Positions 55,002 through 64,000 of a stretch of 64,000 nt of DNA are shown in pieces (position 1 is the first letter of the stretch; every line of letters begins with the position of its first letter). This DNA comes from Octopus vulgaris. Lineage: Eukaryota. Location: contig OX597822.1 in the NCBI GenBank assembly GCA_951406725.2, forward strand, positions 1,550,001 through 1,614,000, read 5' to 3'. Position numbers and translations under genes: made by a program. The notes beneath the pieces were generated by a model. That model saw nothing but the letters and a program-made list of their open reading frames with translations, was not told where the DNA came from and did not search any database.

Positions 55002-55540
55002 GTTGTGCACTCACCACTTCGATATTTCTCTCTTACCCCGCGCTTTCTCACCCTTCTCTCGCTTCTCCCTCTCTCTTACTCTCCACCCCTCTCATCCTCT
55101 CCTTCCTCTCTTTCCCCCACTCTCTCTCTGTCATTCACTTTAGCATTCTCTCTTCTGTGTATGTCTCGTATGTTATCTTGTCTCCGTCTTAATCTATTCT
55201 AGTGCACCATCTCTCTCTTCATTCCGCCGCTGGTCTCTTCTGCTTTTTCCTCCTCTTTCATGTTTTCCATCCCTCCCTACAATTCCCAGTCTCTCCCGCC
55301 ATGGCCAGTCGCTATTCCGATTTCCTGCCAATATCCATATCTACGCAATCCACTTCTCTTCTCTGTTTTATCTTTTCTTTTCTGTCCTCTTCAGTTCTTT
55401 CATTGCGGCGACTCGTTTTTCCTCTTCCCTCCACCTTTACAGAAAGATGCAATGCAACACAATATATACACACTTCATATGCCGACATGTGATATGGCGT
55501 TTTATACATACACACATGCATACATGCATGCGTACATACA

Positions 55541-55576
<36 letters not shown>

Positions 55577-55664
55577 TGTATGTATATTTATATATTTATA
55601 TATTTATATTTATTCATTGTATATACATAAATATATACATGTATATGGGTAAAAATGTTTATTC

Positions 55665-55697
<33 letters not shown>

Positions 55698-55816
55698 CAC
55701 ATATATATATATATAAGTATATATATATATGTATATATATAAGTATATATATATGTGTATAATATATATATATATAATTAAATATATATATATATGTATA
55801 TATAAGTATATATATA

Positions 55817-55853
<37 letters not shown>

Positions 55854-56070
55854 ACAATATGTACGTATTCATGAATATATTACATACACACTTATGCATA
55901 CAAACACGCACAAACATATATACATAGTGGGTGTGTGTGCTGTGTGCGTGTCTGTGTGTGTATAAGTGTATATGTAATATATACATGTATATGTACATAT
56001 GTATATATATGTATATATATATATGTGTGTGTGTATAAGCACATGTAATGTATGTATGTATGTATGAATA
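54010..56070. repeat. 2-kb compound low-complexity block ((CA)n, (ATGT)n, (GA)n, (CT)n, (TA)n)
   Basis: Direct reading. Confidence 0.9.
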
Positions 56071-56913
56071 CACTTCTGTTTATATTAGTCTTCTGTTTTA
56101 TATTAGTGATTACTCGAACAGAAGTAAAAGACAGTCGGCTTGGATTGGAAATATAGAAAATATGAGAAAAAAAAATATATATTTGTAAACCTATCGAAAC
56201 GCATCGATATTTCACTGGTTGCCATAACAAAACGAAAAAATAAAATTTGAAGCAGATTCAAATATTCGTATTTAAAACTTCGTGATATCCTCGTTTTTAG
56301 TATCATATAAAAAAAAAACAGACATCAGAGCAGTAAATGACTGTACCAATATAATTTTACTGCTGCTGAAATTAGAATCACTTTTTGAAACAAAAGTAAA
56401 AGCGTATAAAAATGTCAATCGTCCAGCGTTTGGCAAATCCATTTAATGACCTTAGTGTTAGAATTTCTCAATAAACATCGATGGAAGTAACTGCAAAGAA
56501 TGAACACGTCTGATTGATTATTCAAATTGTAATAGGGCCATACTATAACCGGGCGCTATATATGAATTACAAACTGGTCTATGCTATTATTGTACGTTGT
56601 CATCAATGAGGATGTATTTAACCATGATGGAAGAGAAGTAATCTGCTTCATATTAGAATTCATCGTGTGTGTGTGTCTGTATTCTTTTATTCTTTTACTT
56701 GTTTCAGTCATTTGACTGTGACCATGCCGGAGCACCGTTTTAAAGGGTTTTAGTCGAAGAAATCGATCCCAGAACTTATTGTTTGTAAGCCTAGTACTTA
56801 TTTTATCGGTATCATTTGGTGAACCGCCAGGTTGCAAGGACCGAAACACACCAGTATCGGTTGTCAAGTGATGGCGGGGGAGACAAACACAGACACATAA
56901 ATATATATACATG

Positions 56914-57039
<126 letters not shown>

Positions 57040-57286
57040 TATACATATATATATAAGGTGCCACGCTGCCATACATACTTACTTACATACTTACCACACA
57101 GCTATACATACATCACACATACATACATACATACATACATACAAGCACACCGCATTTCTCTCTCTTTCCCACGGTTACAGAGCATAATGCATTTTCGGTA
57201 CCGCGTGACGAATTAAATAGACGCATACCCAAATATTTGTGATGGCATTGCTACCGGTTGTAGCAGCAGTGATAGTAGTAGTTGTA

Positions 57287-57410
<124 letters not shown>

Positions 57411-57420
57411 AAGCAGCAGC

Positions 57421-57461
<41 letters not shown>

Positions 57462-57674
57462 CAGCAGCAGCAGCAGCTAATATTCAAACTTATTGCTTTA
57501 TTTCTTTACGTTATAATAATTTTTGATCATTTTTTTCATCAATTTAAGCGTGTTTCACTTCACTTAGCTGTGTTCAGTTGTACAGAACTGAGCTCTTATG
57601 AACCAAGTTGACTCATCCACCACACACACAAACATATATACATGCATACATACATACACGCAAACACGTATGTA

Positions 57675-57723
<49 letters not shown>

Positions 57724-58029
57724 TATATTATTAATTGATCGATCGCCAATCATCCATTTCCAGGTAAGTTTATCTTAATCTGTTTGATGTTACTCTACCC
57801 TTACCCTATTCTGTTCTCTCCGCCTCTTTCTTCTTTACTCTCTTTAGTTGGTCACACGTGACCATCATCCATCTTTCTTTTCCTCGCGTGATCATCTTTC
57901 TTTTCTTTCAGGGCTGTCCTAGACGTTAGACGTATCCTATCTATCTATCTCTTCTACCTTTTCTCTTGTCAAAGAAAATATTTCTCCAGCGTTCGCTATT
58001 TTACCTTCGTCTAGTCTGACGACCCGCCA

Positions 58030-58622
58030 TGTCATTGTCGAGTCTGATGTCTCGGAGGTGCTCCGCGAACCGGTCAGCCAAGCGACGTCACGTTTGACCG
58101 ATGTACAATGAAGGACAGAGGGAGCAGTAAATGATGTTGCTAGAAGTGCAGGTGAAGAAGTCAGTGATATGATAGGGACGATGATGGGTGCAGGGAAAGA
58201 GCCGGGTTGGGAGGTGGGGCTAGGAAAGAAACTGTGCTCCAAGGGGTCACGTAGGTTGTGGGCTCGTTTGAAGCAGGGGAGGGGTAGCTTAGATAAGATG
58301 CGCGAAGTGGAGGGGTCGGACTGGTGTCGCCGAGACGGATGACGGTGGTGTGGGTGCATGGAGAGAGAGCTGATACACTGTCCACGGAACGTGCTCTGGC
58401 TAGGGCGGTGTAGATACTGGTGAGGGGATATCCACGAAGGATGAAGTGGCGAGCCATAAGTTGACACTGAGTCTCAAAATCATGGTCGTCGCTACAGAGC
58501 TTGCGTAGACGGAGGAATTGGGAATAGGGGATGGAAAGCTTGGTGTGCTTGGGGTGGGAGGAAGAGAAGTTGAGGTATGAGTGTGAGTTTGTGTGTTTGT
58601 AGTGGATGGAGGTGGAGAGAGT
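58030..58622 (-). mobile_element. Penelope-like element (PLE) coding fragment: RT thumb/linker + GIY-YIG endonuclease, decayed
   Basis: LSTSIHYKHTNSHSYLNFSSSHPKHTKLSIPYSQFLRLRKLCSDDHDFETQCQLMARHFILRGYP, then FTCTSSNIIYCSLCPSLYIGQT*RRLADRFAEHLRDIR (GIY-YIG signature with an in-frame stop). Confidence 0.9.
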
Positions 58623-58630
58623 GGAAAAGT

Positions 58631-58666
58631 CTTTGATATTTCTAGCCTTCGCTCTTCAACAGAACG
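58631..58666 (-). ncRNA. degenerate family B hammerhead-like motif directly 5' of the PLE fragment
   Basis: CGTT-CTGTTGA-A-GAGC gaag GCTA-GAAA-TA-TC-AAAG. Confidence 0.5.
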
Positions 58667-58712
58667 GATTGAGAAGAATATATGATATATTCATGTATAT
58701 ATATATATATAT

Positions 58713-58774
<62 letters not shown>

Positions 58775-58775
58775 G

Positions 58776-58895
58776 ATTGGTCAGAATGTTGATGACGTCC
58801 CGTTCTGCTTGACTAAGCCACCTAACGAAACGATTGGTCAAAACGCTGATGACGTCACGCTACGCTGGACTGACCATCTAACAGGTGTTATAAAA
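58776..58895 (+). promoter_or_regulatory. promoter-like module: two about 56-bp tandem units each with ATTGG (CCAAT box) and TGACGTC(A) (CRE), then TATAAAA
   Basis: gattggtcagaatgttgatgacgtcc... / gattggtcaaaacgctgatgacgtcac..., with TATAAAA at about 58889. Confidence 0.5.
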
Positions 58896-59312
58896 CCCGA
58901 ACAATTCACAAGATTCGCCAGAATCATCCAGCGAACACCCACCATTAGTCATCACAGTTGCTCAAGGTAAAAATGAATTCCTCGCTCTTTCAGGAACATC
59001 ATTTTTTTATATTGACTGCATTCCACCACTTTGATCTATTTTTTATATATCACCACCACGAACGACTGCATCATTCACTTTAAACATATAGCATGAACGA
59101 ACTCACTTCAAACTATATATGAACTTTATGATGTCTGACTCCATTGTGTATTATAAATGAATTTCTTATATTTGATAGCATGAACTATCTTTTTTTATAT
59201 ATAACTTTTTTTGATAAGGTTCATTTCAGGAACTGAAATATGTTATAATGTATATATAAAAATTAAAAATTGTATAATATAGCAGCATTTTCGAACTTCA
59301 TTTTTTACATAT

Positions 59313-59355
<43 letters not shown>

Positions 59356-59496
59356 TATACATATATATATGTATATACATATATATATACATATGCATAT
59401 ATATATATACATATATATATACATATATATATAATATATATATATATGCATGTATATAATCAAATATATATATACAGTAAAACAGCATATATATGC

Positions 59497-59533
<37 letters not shown>

Positions 59534-59610
59534 TGCATGTATATATATATATGGCTCTTATCGAGCATATATGATTTATTTCTGAGAGACCAATATATAT
59601 ATATGTATAT

Positions 59611-59676
<66 letters not shown>

Positions 59677-59885
59677 ATATATATATATACATATGCATAT
59701 ATATATATATATATATATATATAACAAAGTCCCTTTGATTCGTGTAGGAGAGGTGCAGCCAGAGGGTAGGTGTCCTTAGAGGTAAAAAATCCAATGGAGA
59801 GTTTAGTGTCCGTCGAGGAAAGGTAAGAGTTGGTAGTGGTAGTGGTAGAATATAGGATAACAGTGAGACCCCATGAGCGTGTGAT

Positions 59886-60187
59886 ATATAACGGGAAGGT
59901 TTACGAAAATAAACAAAAGACGAAGGCAGGTGGAGTAGAAACAAACATATGTATTAGTATAGCGCTCAGGAATAGAAATAGAACAAGTCTTTTACGTTTC
60001 GAGCCTACGCTCTTCGACGCATTTTTTTCTCTCCTTGTTTCTCTTCTGTGTATCTTTCTGTCGAAGAGCGTAGGCTCGAAACGTAAAAGACTTGTTCTAT
60101 TTCTATTCCTGAGCGCTATACTAATACATATGTTTGTTTGCACTCCACCTGCCTCCGCCTTTTGTTTATTTTCGTAAACCTTCCCGT

Positions 60188-60192
<5 letters not shown>
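59886..60192. repeat. inverted repeat (about 133-bp arms, 41-nt spacer) of family B elements
   Basis: 59886-60018 is the near-perfect reverse complement of 60060-60192. Confidence 0.9.
60053..60090 (+). ncRNA. minimal hammerhead-like motif, family B (core CUGUCGA)
   Basis: TCTTT-CTGTCGA-A-GAGC gtag GCTC-GAAA-CG-TA-AAAGA. Confidence 0.6.
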
Positions 60193-60241
<49 letters not shown>

Positions 60242-62187
60242 GCAGATTAGTCCGTATTATCACATGTGCCTGATGAGGGGTCAGACAAAACTGAGTTTGT
60301 GAGGACTTTTTCAGATTTAATAAAATAGGATTTTACTCTACCTGCGGTGTTCGAGGAGTAGTTTTTCCACTTTGTTTCGGCATTTATGTGCTTTTGTGTA
60401 TGTGTGTGTGTGTGTGTGTGTTTGTGCGCACGTGTGTGTGTATGTGTGTAATTTGGTGGGAACAGAACACAGCCTACATAAAGCATTCGATGCTTGCAGT
60501 TTAAAAGAACATATTGAATAATGTCACAGTCATACATTATACACGCTTATGGATATTGTGTGCGTACGCGTGTGTTCATGCTATGCCCAAACACACATAT
60601 TGGCTCTCCAAAGCGCACAACAACTTATCTAAACACAATATCATTTACTGACGGTGCAGAATGATTACTTTATTACAGATATATGAGTTCAGCAAACAAA
60701 TATCTCTCATTAGTCAAGTGTGAAAAAGGACTACCGAGTTATTAAATCTGTTGTATAAACAAAATAAACACAAGGCTGGTAAAGGAGTTGTGTTAGGTAC
60801 ATTGTGTTGTGAATATACTAATATGTACTTTCTTGTGTATTTACATGACTGTATGTAAATTTGTGTGAACGAGTATTGTTTACAAATATTGGTTCTATAA
60901 AATAATTTTATGGGAATGTAAATGTAATTTAAGTTACTTTTAACGGTGGACCTCGAGGAAAATAAAGCTATTAATACTTGAATGCAGAATGTTGGGTTTA
61001 ATAAATTGCTTTAATAAAAAAAATATCGAAGGTTATTCAAGGTTTGTTTTAATGACTCAGTATTTCACACGCTATCATTTATAGCTTTATCTATTTCGAG
61101 TTACACCTTTAAAAATAATTTAACCCATATCTCTCAAAGTGAAAATACACCAACTGCTCTGCCTGCAATCATAAGATCAAGCTGATCCAACATCAAAAAT
61201 TTGCTCGAAGATCTTCTCAAAGGCAAAGTAAGGAACTCATGCGCCAGTTTCTGGCAGTCTTGAGGCCGAGGTGGAGGCTGAGGGCGGCTTCTTTGAGTAA
61301 ACTGTTACCTTATAACCATAACCTAGTTGATATTTTTTGACTTTTTCAAATTCTTTTCTTTTTAGGCAACCGTCAAATTAACCCTGAAATGCTGGAAGTT
61401 CTTATAACGTAAACATATTGGAATTGTCAGTGATAAGAACAAAACTTCCACCGATTTGTTACAAGGTCTTGCGGTGGAAGGGAAGGTTGAACAGCTGGAA
61501 GTGTTTAATTGTAAAGCTGCACGCAGGCATCTTAGTAAATTCGTTGTTTCTTTACCATGCGGTGATGATGGAGAGATTTGACAGCATCTCGATTGATTGA
61601 GCATCCTATCCAGAGGATTGATAGCATTGTTCATTCAGGGGACAGCATTGTTCAGAGGATAGCATTGGTCATCAGGAAGGATGTGGTAAAAGATATATAA
61701 ACAAAGCTTGCCAAATTCTTAAACTGGTCATCTTCTCCAAAGGTTTGGGGTTGCGTAGATAACTTATATATATTTCGGCCGAAGAGTGGCTCTGGCCATG
61801 TCCAACTTAATTGCTCCACCTGATAGGATCTGTTAAATCAGTTTTAAAGTCAAGTTTGTGTTATCATGGCCCATTCCAGAAGGGAGTTGTTGCTGACTGA
61901 GCTGTATCCAGGTATAGGTGGCCTATCTGGTATCCCTTAAAGATATCTGTCCAGGTGGGCTATGTGCCTTAATTGGGTGCATACGGAGTCATGTAAGCAT
62001 TGATGTCGTGATCAATCCTCATTGGTTCGGCCCATCGTTTTTCGGTCAATTGTTTAGGTATAGTCACTTTAAATGGAGCATATATTATTGTAAATGATAT
62101 ATAATTATAGTTATTATTAAAAAAAGACCTATTTGGGTCGTCTTCTCCGTAATTTACATCCTTCGATTTTGTTTACAAATTTAAAAA

Positions 62188-62254
<67 letters not shown>

Positions 62255-62269
62255 CAATAGACAATAAAG

Positions 62270-62395
62270 ATAAAACTCTGAGTTTCGGATGCCGAAGTGG
62301 AAATCCACAACACCATCTCTTCGGTTATCTGGCCAGATAACCGAAGAGATGGTGTTGTGGATTTCCACTTCGGCATCCGAAACTCAGAGTTTTAT
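62270..62395. repeat. perfect 126-bp spacerless palindrome; each arm carries a hammerhead-like motif (core CCGAAGA)
   Basis: 63-bp arms with the centre at TGG|CCA (62332/62333). Extends imperfectly to 62251-62410. Flanked by (TA)n. Confidence 0.9.
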
Positions 62396-62496
62396 ATTTC
62401 CTATTGAATAATTGTCACATATTATTTTACAGATAAATTCCTCTATTTACATAATATTGAGGTCTCTTTCTTTCTTTTGTTATCTTACCGTTTTTA

Positions 62497-62554
<58 letters not shown>

Positions 62555-62558
62555 GGGG

Positions 62559-62591
<33 letters not shown>

Positions 62592-63212
62592 TATGTATAT
62601 ATGTATATATGTATATATATACATATATACATATATACATATCTATCTATATATCTTTGAACATCACCCAATACAGGAATCGAAACCACTATCTTACGAC
62701 CATCAGTGCAACGACCTAACCACTAAGAATACGTTCCTCCACAGAATGCGTTCTAAAAGTCCGTAAGCTACAATACATCAAATCTATGCACAGCAGGTGC
62801 ATTAGCTGCACTAACTGCACCAGAAGCACCTGTTGTATCACACCTCCACTTATGTTATCAAATTAATTTCACAACCGTTAAACACTGCCTACTTATCTCT
62901 CATTATTAGAAAAAAGATGGCAACCATTTAGAGGAAATTTATAAATTCCCTCGGAGTATTCGGTTTCGTTTTGGCATCGTTAGAAAGGTGTCACCTGCCC
63001 ATCACATCCGCCTACACACTGTCTAGTTCGATTCTATTTTATTTATTTATTTATTTTTTTTTTTACAAATGACGGGTATATAATTCGTTCACTAATAATT
63101 TAACAATCACACATGTGCGTATTTCTCCCTCCCTTTGGCTCTTTCCCTGACACCTCTGGCGTTTTCGCAATGATCTCTGCTGCTATGATACCGATGCTTA
63201 CCTAATTGTCTC

Positions 63213-63580
63213 AGGCGCAGGAGTAGCTTGCTTACCAACCACATGGTTCTGTATTCATTCCCACTGCATGGCATGTTGGGCAAGTGTCTTCTACTATAGC
63301 CACGGGCCGACCAAAGCCTTGTGAGTGGATTTGGGAGACGGAAACTGAAAGAAGCCCGTCGTATATATGTATATATATATATATGTTTGTGTGTGTGTAT
63401 ATATTTGTGTGTCTGTGTTTGTCCCTCCAACATCGCTTGACAATCGATGCTGGTGTGTTTACGTCCCCGTATCCTAGCGGTTCGGCAAAAGAGACCAATA
63501 GAATAAGTACTAGGCTACCAAAGGCGGTGCTCCAGCATGGCCGCAGTCAAATGACTGAAACAAGTAAAAGAGTAAAAGAG
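63213..63580 (+). mobile_element. SINE family 2
   Basis: Same consensus as 37196-37975. Further partial copies at 5598-5900 (+), 7125-7270 (-), 56680-56900 (-). Confidence 0.85.
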
Positions 63581-63908
63581 TCTATTCTTCCTTTCGCCAC
63601 TATTGTGTAGCTTCTCCCAGATCCTGCATCAGAACAATGAAAATACTTCCTGTAGGTATTTGTTTGCATGTAGAATTTTTCTTTTTCTCACTGGTATTCG
63701 CCCAACAGACACTAGTCAACAGATGTTTAAAACAATTGTCAACTGCACTAATTTTATAACTCTGGGATTCAGTGCAAGCCTTATGGGTACCGCTAATCCT
63801 GTTTCCGACAAAGTTCTAAAAAAGACGTAGAACAGAAAAACAAAAACAGAGTATATTTAGATCCTTACAAATCTTACATATCTAATTTTGAAATACCACA
63901 ATATATAT

Positions 63909-64000
63909 ATTTCTTTATTGCCCACAATGGGCTAAACATAGAGGGAACAAACAAGGACAGAAAAAGGGATTAAGTCGATTACATCCACCCCAGTGCGAAA
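63909..64000 (-). mobile_element. SINE family 1, 3' part, runs off the window
   Basis: tttctttattgcccacaatgggctaaacatagagggaacaaacaaggacag... as in the other copies. Confidence 0.8.

Noticed and set aside
60266-60305. CTGATGA hammerhead candidate
   Set aside because: No GAAA, closed stem II or complementary stem I downstream.

Overview
Eukaryotic, AT-rich and dense in microsatellites. The repeat content (abundant tRNA-derived SINE families, long (TA)n/(ATCT)n/(AAT)n/(CA)n tracts) strongly resembles an Octopus/cephalopod genome; this is inference from repeat content only. I can build one protein-coding host gene: a 4-coding-exon, + strand claudin-superfamily TARP/stargazin (CACNG)-like gene (26259-36677, 241 aa, all three introns phase 1, GT-AG). 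The rest is mobile DNA: a 5'-truncated R4/Dong-type LINE with an open ORF, Tx1/L1-type 3' fragments sitting in (ATCT)n, a Penelope-like (PLE) RT-thumb/GIY-YIG fragment, mariner/Tc1 remnants, a four-copy 8-bp-TSD MITE carrying TTAGGG repeats, and many SINEs. The main unexplained signal is a dense set of type I hammerhead ribozyme motifs. There are about a dozen copies in at least five unrelated sequence families, embedded in (TA)n-flanked, often inverted-repeat elements. Some have canonical cores (48776-48840, 50114-50198, 42824-42867). Others have recurrent non-canonical cores (U at position 6; C at position 4). One family is fused to a tRNA-like SINE head, and one copy abuts the PLE coding fragment. 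All structures were read by eye and none has been tested. Nearly all other ORFs in the track are microsatellite artefacts.
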